A stretch of DNA of 64,000 bases, taken from Pseudomonadales bacterium. Its GTDB lineage: Bacteria; Patescibacteriota; Microgenomatia; UBA1400; PJMF01. Below the pieces are notes generated by a model, which saw nothing but the letters and a program-made list of their open reading frames with translations, had not been told where the DNA came from and searched no databases. Numbering within the stretch: the stretch's first letter is position 1; the number at the start of each line of letters is the position of its first letter. Below, piece after piece: positions 28,468 through 37,320 of the stretch. Location: the NCBI GenBank assembly GCA_020632235.1, contig JACKFY010000001.1, positions 159,334 to 223,333 on the forward strand, given 5' to 3'. The position numbers and the translations under genes are program-made.

Positions 28468-29407
28468 TTTTATCGAAAAAAAGATTTTAGTTGTTCCTAT
28501 AGAAGAAAAACTGGAGAGTCAGTTGAAATTACAAGTTGGCAACATAGTTTTAATGAAAGAAGGAAAAGTTATTGATAAGGTATCGTGCCACATTGTGTTT
28601 TGCATGGTGATTATTGGCGATTGCTCTATCACAACCAAGCTCATCCGAGAGCTTCAAAGCTATGGTATATCGGTTTTCTTACTCAACAGGTCTTTCAAGT
28701 TTATTACCAGCATACATGCACATGCAGAAGGCAACTATCAACTGAGGGAAAAACAGTATTTCCTTGATAAAGATACAGAGCTTTTGCTTTCCAAGCAGTT
28801 TGTCCAGAATAAGATAGATAACCAATGGGGCATCTTGCAGAAGACTGGACGGCTTGATCTTGAGCAGGCATATCGAGACACAACAGAAAAAGTGACGCTA
28901 GCCAACTCCATCGATTCTCTCAGAGGCCTAGAAGGGTCCTTTGCTTCTCGTTATTTTTCTGGTATTTTTGATGAAATTGGCTGGCTTCGCCGTGCTCCCA
29001 GAACAAAGGAAGATATAGCGAATGTCTTGCTTGATATAGGGTACACGTTTGTGTTCAATTATGTAGATGCACTTTTGCGCTTGTTTGGCTTTGACACATA
29101 CAAAGGTGTGTATCATCAGTTATTTTTCCAAAGACAGTCTCTTTCGTGCGATCTGATGGAGCCAATGCGTCCGATGATTGACTACCAACTCAGAAAGTCG
29201 TTCAATTTAGGCCAAATACAAGAAAAAGACTTTGTATTCAAAAACGAATCATTTCGTTTTAAGGACTACTCAGTCTCTGGGTCGTATTCCAATATTTGGT
29301 TTGATTTGATCATGAAGAAAAGAGAAGACATGTATCAATTCATATTTGGGTACTATCGGTGTTTTCAAAATCCAGAAAAGTATGAGTATGCTCAGTTCAA
29401 AGTATGA
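28409..29407 (+). CDS. cas1: Cas1 integrase
   Basis: Cas1-like sequence throughout. It overlaps the cas4 3' end and is followed by cas2 with a 4-nt overlap. Confidence 0.9.
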   Translation: MKNVKIVSIVCCARMLSLPDFIEKKILVVPIEEKLESQLKLQVGNIVLMKEGKVIDKVSCHIVFCMVIIGDCSITTKLIRELQSYGISVFLLNRSFKFITSIHAHAEGNYQLREKQYFLDKDTELLLSKQFVQNKIDNQWGILQKTGRLDLEQAYRDTTEKVTLANSIDSLRGLEGSFASRYFSGIFDEIGWLRRAPRTKEDIANVLLDIGYTFVFNYVDALLRLFGFDTYKGVYHQLFFQRQSLSCDLMEPMRPMIDYQLRKSFNLGQIQEKDFVFKNESFRFKDYSVSGSYSNIWFDLIMKKREDMYQFIFGYYRCFQNPEKYEYAQFKV

Positions 29408-29685
29408 TTGTTGTTGCCTACGATATCAGTAAGACGTCAAAGAGAACGAAGTTCTCCAAATTTTTAGAAAGGTACGGAGACCGCATTCAGTACTCGGTTT
29501 TTGTGTGCAAAAATAGCAAGCGAATTATGGAAAATATCACCACCGAGATAGAACATCACTTTGCCAAGTATTTTGATGCTGAAGACAGCGTGTTTGTGTT
29601 CACTACGTGTCAGAGTTGTGACAAGAAAACGCTCAAATATGGCAATGCTTCTCACTATGAAAAAGATGTGATATATTTTGGCTAG
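29404..29685 (+). CDS. cas2: Cas2
   Basis: 93-aa MIVVAYDIS... Cas2 fold signature, immediately upstream of the leader and array. Confidence 0.9.
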   Translation: MIVVAYDISKTSKRTKFSKFLERYGDRIQYSVFVCKNSKRIMENITTEIEHHFAKYFDAEDSVFVFTTCQSCDKKTLKYGNASHYEKDVIYFG

Positions 29686-29894
29686 CGTGCTCATTAACAT
29701 AGTTTTTTTACACAAAGGTATAAGTCTTTCTGTGTTGAATAAACCTCGGTCTTTCTATTTTGATATATTTATACTCATTTATAATATATTGTGTGTATAT
29801 ATCAATGTAGTCTCTTCCTGAGTCAGTCAAAAATGTCCAAGTTATATGTGCAGCTTTTTGTATCATTTTTGATTGACTCACCAATATTTAGGCA
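29686..29894 (+). promoter_or_regulatory. AT-rich CRISPR leader with candidate sigma70-like promoter (TTGATA ... TATAAT)
   Basis: A roughly 210-nt AT-rich segment between the cas2 stop and the first repeat. TTGATA sits near 29760 and TATAAT near 29780, with about 14-16 nt spacing. Confidence 0.4.
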
Positions 29895-31760
29895 GTTTAT
29901 TCAAAGTAGTCGATTTCTACTTTTTTGTAGATTCTCGAGCTCAGCGAAGTTTATTCAAAGTAGTCGATTTCACTTTTGTAGTTGAGTGTTTATTCAAAGT
30001 AGTCGATTTCTACTTTTGTAGATAGATGTTACCGTTGACCAGTCGCTCAGTTTATTCAAAGTAGTCGATTTCTACTTTTGTAGATAAGTCGTTTGAGGCT
30101 ACACATTCCACGTAGTTTATTCAAAGTAGTCGATTTCTACTTTTGTAGATTATACCCTGTCGTAATGTAGCGAGTTAATTCAACGAGAAGTTTATTCAAA
30201 GTAGTCGATTTCTACTTTTGTAGATTTTTAACAATGACAGTCCTACAGAAGACGTTTATTCAAAGTAGTCGATTTCTACTTTTTGTAGATCTTTAGTAAA
30301 AACATGATTCCGAGTTTATTCAAAGTAGTCGATTTCTACTTTTTTAGATCGTATAGACTTCTCAATCAGTGAGTTAATTTAGTTTATTCAAAGTAGTCGA
30401 TTTCTACTTTTGTAGATGCGCGTATGATGGCATGGATATATGCAAAAGTTTATTCAAAGTAGTCGATTTCTACTTTTGTAGATAAATAGTCATCTTTCTT
30501 TGTAGTCGATTTCTACTTTTGTTTCTGTTTATTCAAAGTAGTCGATTTCTACTTTTGTAGATAGATGAGCTAAAAGCGTCTGTAAAATGTAGTTTATTCA
30601 AAGTAGTCGATTTCTACTTTTGTAGATTTAAATAATGTTTATTCAAAGTAGTCGATTTCTAGAGAAAAGCTACCTCGAGTTTATTCAAAGTAGTCGATTT
30701 CTACTTTTGTAGATATCGATGTGTAGTGAGTGGGTATTGGTGGTGTTTATTCAAAGTAGTCGATTTCTACTTTTGTAGATAAATGTCCTCTGTTTGTCTA
30801 AACAGTTTATTCAATTAGTCGGTTTATTCAAAGTAGTCGATTTCTACTTTTGTAGTTTATTCAAAGTAGTCGATTTCTACTTTTGTATGAAGAGGAGGAT
30901 ATCTACATTAGTTTATTCAAAGTAGTCGATTTCTACTTTTGTAGATAATTGAAAGTTGTAGCGTTCTATTTAATAGTTTATTCAAAGTAGTCGATTTCTA
31001 CTTTTTGATGCTCGCAGTTAAAAAACAGGTTGGTGATAAGTTTAGTCGATTTCTACTTTTGTAGATTGTAGATGGAGCAGCTTAAAGCTCGTTGATGGTT
31101 TATTCAAAGTAGTCGATTTCTACTTTTGTAGATCACCAGGCTGGCTGGTATTGTTGACAGTTTATTCAAAGTAGTCGATTTCTACTTTTGTAGATAGTGC
31201 TGACCTGTCATCGAATGACGTCATGTTTATTCAAAGTAGTCGATTTCTACTTTTGTAGATCTCGAGAAGATTTTTCTTTATCAAGGGTTTATTCAAAGTA
31301 GTCGATTTCTACTTTTGTAGATATTCTTCTAATGATTTTGATCCTTATCCAGTTTATTCAAAGTAGTCGATTTCTACTTTTGTAGATTTTGTTTATAGTG
31401 AGCTAAAATTTGGTTTATTCAAAGTAGTCGATTTCTACTTTTGTAGATTACCAGTTTATTATTCTTCAAGATAACAATTCGTTTATTCAAAGTAGTCGAT
31501 TTCTACTTTTGTATATTCGAAAAAACCACCTTCTATAACTCCGTTTATTCAAAGTAGTCGATTTCTACTTTTGTAGATATATATGACTTATTTATTGCTT
31601 TTGAGTTTATTCAAAGTAGTCGATTTCTACTTTTGTAGATACTACAAGACCAATATTGATAAGGCAGTTTATTCAAAGTAGTCGATTTCTACTTTTGTAG
31701 ATGTGGCACTGCTACTGATTTACTTCTTGGTTTATTCAAAGTAGTCGATTTCACCCCATC
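29895..31760 (+). CRISPR. Type V-A CRISPR array, about 30 repeats of GTTTATTCAAAGTAGTCGATTTCTACTTTTGTAGAT (36 nt), transcribed in the same direction as the cas genes
   Basis: Direct reading of the sequence. Typical units have 23-32 nt spacers. The 3' part of the repeat forms the Cas12a crRNA hairpin UCUAC-UUUU-GUAGA-U. The terminal repeat, from about 31730, is truncated after GATTTC. Confidence 0.95.
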
Positions 31761-32098
31761 GCCCACCGCACAATTCCTACCACTGCGATGGTGTATACAA
31801 CGAGCCCTAAAAACTTCCTCCAAGGGCAAACTCCCTCAAAGATTTCCAGAAGTGCCCAGTAGATGATGGTGATATAGGATGCTGCCCGAAAGAACGGATG
31901 TAGCTGAGTGAACAAGTGATTTGTCACAAAAAGCCCAATAAGCGTTGTAAACCAAGCCAATAGCGGAGCGTTTGCCTTTTGGGCGATGACAACATTTCCC
32001 TCTTTATCAGTGAAGAATGCTCGAATAGAGGTACGTAGTGCGTGATGCATCTTTTTACTATAGCACTTGTCCTCACCGCGCACTATAATGAACTGCAT
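31751..32098 (-). CDS. hypothetical small membrane protein
   Basis: 115-aa ORF with two or three hydrophobic helices. Its stop codon lies inside the terminal degenerate repeat and its 5' end overlaps the start of the next gene on the opposite strand. It may be shorter (Met at residue 17). Confidence 0.4.
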   Translation of the reverse strand: MQFIIVRGEDKCYSKKMHHALRTSIRAFFTDKEGNVVIAQKANAPLLAWFTTLIGLFVTNHLFTQLHPFFRAASYITIIYWALLEIFEGVCPWRKFLGLVVYTIAVVGIVRWAMG

Positions 32099-32834
32099 GT
32101 CTGCAGGACTTCACTTTGACACTACTGTTTCAACTACTGCATCAGACGGTAGTCACCTCCTTCGTGGCAAGGCACTTACCGAGTGTATAGATGATGCAGA
32201 CTTTGTCAGTACATTTTTTCTCTCGCTGACTGGTCGTGAGCCAACCCAGGTAGAGTCTCGGTTGCTCAACGCTATGTTGGTAGCGTCCCTTGACCATGGG
32301 GTAGAGCCGTCATCTATGTTTGTCCCTAGAGTGGTAGCCTCGACGGGTAACGAGATGCTTCATTGCATGGCTACTTCACTCTTGGCGCTTGGGCCCCTGC
32401 ACGGTGGGGCTATCACCGGGGCAATGGAGATGTTCTACAGCCTCAAAGACAAAGAAGATAAAGAGCAAGCGTGTGTGCAGCTGGTAGAAGAGTTTCGCGC
32501 GAAAAAAAAACGAGTGCCAGGATATGGACATCCAAAGTACAAAGACAAAACAACCGGTGACCCACGCGCCCAGCAACTACTGCAGATGGCAGAAAAGGGA
32601 GGTCTTGATACTTCAGTTACCATGACCGCGCGAATTTTGGAAAATACGCTGGAATGGAAACTCAACAAAGTATTGGTGCTCAATATTGACGGGGCAATGG
32701 CAGCGCTTTTAACCACGTTTGGCATTGCGCCAGAGGCAGGAAACGGTATATTTGGGGTAGCACGCGTGGCTGGTAGTATTGCCCACATCGTAGAAGAACA
32801 AGAGAGTGATGCTGGTGTGAGAAGGCTAGCATAA
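32067..32834 (+). CDS. short citrate-synthase-family protein (citryl-CoA lyase-like)
   Basis: It has LVASLDHG (compare the citrate synthase LxxADHE) and VPGYGHPKYKDKTTGDPRAQQL (compare GFGHRVYKxxDPRA), and ends FGVARVAGSIAHIVEE. At 255 aa it corresponds to the CCL/small citrate-synthase-domain size. Confidence 0.65.
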   Translation: MSSPRTIMNCMSAGLHFDTTVSTTASDGSHLLRGKALTECIDDADFVSTFFLSLTGREPTQVESRLLNAMLVASLDHGVEPSSMFVPRVVASTGNEMLHCMATSLLALGPLHGGAITGAMEMFYSLKDKEDKEQACVQLVEEFRAKKKRVPGYGHPKYKDKTTGDPRAQQLLQMAEKGGLDTSVTMTARILENTLEWKLNKVLVLNIDGAMAALLTTFGIAPEAGNGIFGVARVAGSIAHIVEEQESDAGVRRLA

Positions 32835-32849
32835 AGAAAGAATACAATC

Positions 32850-33809
32850 ATGAGTACGTCAAAAAAAAATACACAAAAATCCACTCATCGTCACCCGTGG
32901 CAACTTCTTTTTGTCAAAGGCTTTGCGATGGGCTCGGCTGACATCGTGCCAGGAGTATCGGGTGGTACGATTGCCTTTATTGTCGGTATCTACCAAGACT
33001 TGATTACAAGTATTAACACCCTGACGAGCACCACGCTCAAGCTCTTTTTACAATTGAAATGGAAAGAAGCGTGGCGCTCTATCCCATTTGGTTTTCTCCT
33101 TCCCCTGGGGATTGGTATTATTGCCGCCATTGCACTACTCACCTCTCTCATCGCTCATCTTCTTGCAACATATCCTGTGTTCGTCTGGTCGTTTTTCTTT
33201 GGTCTGATCTGCGCCTCGATTTTTTTGATTGGCAAGAAACTAGGTTCGTGGACTGTGCAAGATGTCGTGGTACTTTGTTTGTCGGCTGGTGTAGCCTACT
33301 GGATTAGTGGTGCTGTACCCAGTCAGACACCAGACACCCCCACTGCCTACTTTTTGGCAGGGATGATCGCCATTTGTGCCATGATCCTGCCTGGAGTGAG
33401 TGGCTCGTTTCTGCTCATTCTGATGGGAAAGTACCAGCAGATATTGGTGGCGGTTAATACGCTTGATCTGATGACACTAGCCACCTTTATGGCGGGGGCA
33501 GTGCTGGGGTTGGTTTCGTTTGCAAAAGTACTCGGCTATCTCTTTGAACATCACTACCGAGTGGTGATTGCTGCGCTGACTGGCTTTATGCTCGGCTCGC
33601 TGAGAAAAGTCTGGCCCTGGAAAGAAACACTTGAAACCTACACTGACTCTCATGGGGAGGTAATCCCGCTGGTGCAGCACAACGTGTTGCCAACAACCCT
33701 TGATGCGGGGGTGATTGGGGCTGTTGTTCTGGCTTGTGTAGGTATGGGTTTGATTGTGTTGTTGGATCGATCGTCAGATAGCTCTACTAGTGGTAAGAGT
33801 GAGTTCTAG
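32850..33809 (+). CDS. DUF368 family membrane protein (putative undecaprenyl-phosphate transporter family)
   Basis: Two copies of the PGVSGGT/PGVSGSF motif (compare the DUF368 PGVSRSG) and about 8 TM helices. Confidence 0.7.
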   Translation: MSTSKKNTQKSTHRHPWQLLFVKGFAMGSADIVPGVSGGTIAFIVGIYQDLITSINTLTSTTLKLFLQLKWKEAWRSIPFGFLLPLGIGIIAAIALLTSLIAHLLATYPVFVWSFFFGLICASIFLIGKKLGSWTVQDVVVLCLSAGVAYWISGAVPSQTPDTPTAYFLAGMIAICAMILPGVSGSFLLILMGKYQQILVAVNTLDLMTLATFMAGAVLGLVSFAKVLGYLFEHHYRVVIAALTGFMLGSLRKVWPWKETLETYTDSHGEVIPLVQHNVLPTTLDAGVIGAVVLACVGMGLIVLLDRSSDSSTSGKSEF

Positions 33810-33834
33810 CTCAGATGTCAGAGGGATTTTTGGT

Positions 33835-34755
33835 TTACACCAATGCGCTTTGCAGCTTGTTACTCAATTGACCGGCAAACATCTTTGCGTTATGTCCGAT
33901 AAACACCAGTGTGTTGCCCACGTCTTGACTATTATCCAGTAGCTCAAGCGTCACCCTTCCAGCCACAGCGTTACAAAGCACCCTGCCTGCTTGTGTGCGG
34001 ACAATGCCTTTGGCACGAAAGAGTTCTGGTGGCACACTCTCAAGCACTTCGAGTAGTTTTTCTTGATCAAATAACCCCTCCAATGTAATAGTACTAGCAG
34101 AAAAGTGGTCGGTTTCTAGGTGGTTGTGCACTGCACTCTCGGCTGTGCGAAGGAGTGTTTCTAGCTCTTGGCGACTCGCTCCCACAATAACAGCAAGTGG
34201 CGCTTTGCCCCCCACCGCCTCAATAATGGGGGAGTGCTCGTTGAGCTCTCGCACGTACGAAACGACTTGGCGTTTTCGCTCGTCATCTACCATTTCTACC
34301 TTGTTAAACACCAAGACATCAGTAAACTTTGTTTGTTCTTGGGCAGTGATAGAGAGATCTTGGTAGCCCTCAAAGTTGACTACATCTATGACGCTAATCA
34401 CACCGTCTCTGGTGAGTAGTGGGTGAGAGGAAATCATCAGGGCAAGGGCAGCGGGGTCGGCGGCACCTGATGCCTCGATAATAATCCGACTGGGGGTGTA
34501 GCGATAGGCCAACTCGTCAATGGTGGCGGTAAACGGCCCCACCAGCGTACAGCAGATGCAACCGTTTAGGAGCTCTGTTGTCTGGACTCCTTGTTCTTTC
34601 AACACCTGCGCGTCAATATCGGTTTCTCCTACTTCATTTTTAATGTAGATAGTCTGCTCACCCCTGGCTTGCAGTTCGTCAATCAAGTGGGTGATGATAG
34701 TGGTCTTGCCCGAGCCTAAAAAACCAGTGAAGAGGGTGGTGGGGATGCTCTGCAT
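33835..34755 (-). CDS. CobW/HypB/UreG (G3E) family GTPase, COG0523 zinc-chaperone-like
   Basis: It has the Walker A GFLGSGKTT, a GCICC metal-binding motif and a CobW C-terminal domain. Confidence 0.8.
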   Translation of the reverse strand: MQSIPTTLFTGFLGSGKTTIITHLIDELQARGEQTIYIKNEVGETDIDAQVLKEQGVQTTELLNGCICCTLVGPFTATIDELAYRYTPSRIIIEASGAADPAALALMISSHPLLTRDGVISVIDVVNFEGYQDLSITAQEQTKFTDVLVFNKVEMVDDERKRQVVSYVRELNEHSPIIEAVGGKAPLAVIVGASRQELETLLRTAESAVHNHLETDHFSASTITLEGLFDQEKLLEVLESVPPELFRAKGIVRTQAGRVLCNAVAGRVTLELLDNSQDVGNTLVFIGHNAKMFAGQLSNKLQSALV

Positions 34756-34776
34756 TATGTCTATGATACCCGGATA

Positions 34777-35556
34777 TTACTGCTTTGTCAGTTGTGCAAA
34801 TCTGCTTTTTCCAAATTCATCGGCAAAGAGCTCACACCTCCATCTATCTAGATGTGGTTGGAAGTGCTCTCTAGTATGGGTGTGGTCGATCTCTAGTAGC
34901 AACACAGAGTGCTGATGCACGTATGTATTCACTTGATCGAGAAACCGCTCAATAATCTCAAAACCATCCCTGCCACCATCAAGAGCCTGGTACGGCTCAA
35001 AGTCTTTGACTGACGCTGTAAGCTTGGCAATTCTTTGTGTTGGAATGTAGGGCAAGTTGGCAATAATAATGCCAAATGGTCGTTGAGTAATGTTTTCAAA
35101 AAGATCCGACTGCACAAGTTCCACCAAGTTGGGGTTCTCAAGCAATGCCTCTTGATTTTTCTGAACAACGCTGAGTGCCGGGGTAGAGACATCACTTACA
35201 ACTATGTGATGGGCGATGGCGTGTTTTTCTAGCTCTAGTGAGAGCGAGATAGCAACAGCACCACTGCCTGTGCCAAGTTCAAGGATGCTCAGTGGCTGCT
35301 TGATTGTTTGAGATAGCTGGCGGGCTGTTTCGACTGCCATCTGGACGAGCTGCTCTGTTTCAATTCTAGGAATAAGCACCGACTCATCAACACAAAAAAG
35401 ATGCCCGCAAAACTCGGCTACCCCAGAAATATACTCTACAGGCATCTGGCCGTACTGCTCGATAGTTTGTAGCACCTCTGGTTTGTAGCGGGCTAGGTGG
35501 GTTTGCTCGTAAGGGCTCAGTATTCTAGTGTTGTTTTTTTTAGATGCGTGTGTCAT
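34777..35556 (-). CDS. prmC: release-factor glutamine N5-methyltransferase PrmC/HemK
   Basis: It has the AdoMet motif ILELGTGSGAVAI and the substrate-binding IIANLPYIP (an NPPY-type motif). Confidence 0.8.
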   Translation of the reverse strand: MTHASKKNNTRILSPYEQTHLARYKPEVLQTIEQYGQMPVEYISGVAEFCGHLFCVDESVLIPRIETEQLVQMAVETARQLSQTIKQPLSILELGTGSGAVAISLSLELEKHAIAHHIVVSDVSTPALSVVQKNQEALLENPNLVELVQSDLFENITQRPFGIIIANLPYIPTQRIAKLTASVKDFEPYQALDGGRDGFEIIERFLDQVNTYVHQHSVLLLEIDHTHTREHFQPHLDRWRCELFADEFGKSRFAQLTKQ

Positions 35557-35762
35557 AGTGAGTTTGTATGGTACTAGAGACGCTTGCGAGATTAGCTAGT
35601 ATAGAGAACGACTTTGGTAATATTATAGCTCCTACTCCTTCTGACTGGTTGGAGGGAGAAGAAGAGAATGCGCAGCCTTCAGGTAGCAACATTGGTGGCA
35701 GATATATAGAAGACCCTTACGAAGACAACAACAATCATCTCAGTCACGATGATTCATAAGTA

Positions 35763-36095
35763 CTAACCTCCACACCTCCAAGCACACTGGCCGTTATTAT
35801 CAAGTGACCACGCTCCCACACACTGCACTCTAGTGATACTTTGTTCTTCTGCCCAGGCAGTACAGCATGTCTGCAGGTCGCCCGAGTTCTCTGTACTGCA
35901 CGCAGTATTCTGTATTTCTTCTGCGGTAGCTGGTGCCTGCGAGGCGATGGGGAGGGCAGTGGGAATACTTTCGTTACTGGCAGAAAAGATGAGTCCGCCA
36001 AGCGCAAAGACAAAAAAACTAAATACAAAGGCGATAGGCAAGAGCAGTGGGTTGGGTTTGTTGAGAGTGAGGGGGTCTTTTTTAGAGCTCGGCAT
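35763..36095 (-). CDS. small secreted cysteine-rich protein (hypothetical)
   Basis: A signal/TM segment LLLPIAFVFSFFVFALGGLIF is followed by a C-terminus with 7 Cys (CSTENSGDLQTCCTAWAEEQSITRVQCVGAWSLDNNGQCAWRCGG). The start was chosen at MPSSKK within the 125-aa track ORF. Several overlapping ORFs occupy this GC-rich stretch. Confidence 0.35.
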   Translation of the reverse strand: MPSSKKDPLTLNKPNPLLLPIAFVFSFFVFALGGLIFSASNESIPTALPIASQAPATAEEIQNTACSTENSGDLQTCCTAWAEEQSITRVQCVGAWSLDNNGQCAWRCGG

Positions 36096-36191
36096 GGGGG
36101 TATTGTAACATGCGAACCACCCTTGCTTGACCCAGCACACTCTCGTATACTACCCATCTAGGTATAAAGTATCCCAACAACCCACTTAACT

Positions 36192-36626
36192 ATGCCAACA
36201 AAAGCAAGTCTAACAGATGATATGAAGACAGCCATGAAGGCGCGAGACACCCAAAAACTGGGCGTGATCCGTTTTTTACTCTCAGAGTTAAAAAACGAAG
36301 AGATTGATAACGGCGAACTTGATGAAGTTGGTATAGAGACAGTTATTGCCAGACAGATCAAGCAAACCAAAGAATCTATCGAAGAACTACAGAAATCTGG
36401 TAGAGATGAGTTGGTAGCGGAAGAAACAGCTAAGTTAGCGGTCCTGCAAAGCTACCTACCCGCCCCGCTGTCTGAAGATGAGCTGCAAGCAGTTGTGTCA
36501 CAAGTAGTAGCCACGACAGACAACCCCAACATGGGGCAGGTCATTACTGCGGTCAAAGCAAAGGTGGGCACGCGGGCCGAGGGCAGTGTGATTGCCACAA
36601 TGGTAAAAGAAGCGCTTTCCCAGTAA
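36192..36626 (+). CDS. GatB/YqeY domain protein
   Basis: The 144-aa sequence begins with the YqeY N-terminal signature TDDMKTAMKARDTQKLGVIRFLLSELKN and runs to the ORF end. Confidence 0.75.
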   Translation: MPTKASLTDDMKTAMKARDTQKLGVIRFLLSELKNEEIDNGELDEVGIETVIARQIKQTKESIEELQKSGRDELVAEETAKLAVLQSYLPAPLSEDELQAVVSQVVATTDNPNMGQVITAVKAKVGTRAEGSVIATMVKEALSQ

Positions 36627-36651
36627 CTCGTGTGCGCGCTACAATGAAAGC

Positions 36652-37293
36652 ATGAAAACAAAGCGCATTGGCGAGCTCTTACTAGAAGAGCGCACCAAAC
36701 AACACATCTCTTTAGATGCACTTTCAGAACGCACGCACATCAAGCGTGAGTACCTTGAGGCGTTGGAAAATAACCAGTTTGAAGTGTTGCCAGCAGCAGC
36801 TTTTGTGAAAGGCTACATCAAGACCTACGCGAGTGTGTTTGACTTTGATCCCTCTCCGGTGTTGGCACTCCTTCGACGTGACTTTAAAGAAAGCGCGCGC
36901 GGCACCCTCGTCCCCCGAGAGTTTATCAAGCCAGTGCTCAAAAAACGCACCATCAACCAAACGACGCTTGGGGCCTTACTGGTCAGTATAATGTTATTAT
37001 TGGTGGCAGGCTACATCGGCTATCGGTGGTTTGAGTTTTTACAACCTCCTCGGCTGCTGCTCGACCAACCAGAAGAGTATGCCTTTGTTGGGGCGGAGAT
37101 GGTGGTAGAGGGCAGTACAGACGCCGATGCGGTGGTAAGTGTTGATGGTCTACCGGTAGAGCTTGCACCAGATGCTACATTTGAAACGACCGTCTCATTT
37201 GAAACAGAGGGCACACACCTCCTGCCCGTAGTTGCAACTGACAGGCGCGGCAAGCAGACAGAGGTAGTACGCAAGGTCTTTGTTCGGTTTTGA
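36652..37293 (+). CDS. RodZ-like HTH (XRE-type) membrane protein
   Basis: An N-terminal HTH (RIGELLLEERTKQHISLDALSERTHIKREYLEALE) is followed by a single TM and a C-terminal beta-rich domain. Confidence 0.55.
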   Translation: MKTKRIGELLLEERTKQHISLDALSERTHIKREYLEALENNQFEVLPAAAFVKGYIKTYASVFDFDPSPVLALLRRDFKESARGTLVPREFIKPVLKKRTINQTTLGALLVSIMLLLVAGYIGYRWFEFLQPPRLLLDQPEEYAFVGAEMVVEGSTDADAVVSVDGLPVELAPDATFETTVSFETEGTHLLPVVATDRRGKQTEVVRKVFVRF

Positions 37294-37320
37294 CCAGTCT
37301 GTAGTGCACTGTTACACTAC

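Noticed and set aside
27419-29894. Searched for a tracrRNA or scoutRNA-like anti-repeat near the cas genes and leader
   Set aside because: No segment complementary to the repeat (such as ATCTACAAAAGTAGAAATC) was seen outside the array, consistent with Cas12a self-processing.
29791-29985. 64-aa ORF overlapping the leader and first CRISPR repeats
   Set aside because: Its repetitive peptide (FIQSSRF... repeated) is simply the translation of consecutive CRISPR repeats.
35744-36161. Four mutually overlapping ORFs (two per strand) in a GC-rich segment
   Set aside because: Only the 35763-36140 minus-strand frame yields a plausible signal peptide plus a Cys-rich domain. The others look like GC-rich open frames by chance, and even the retained one is low confidence.
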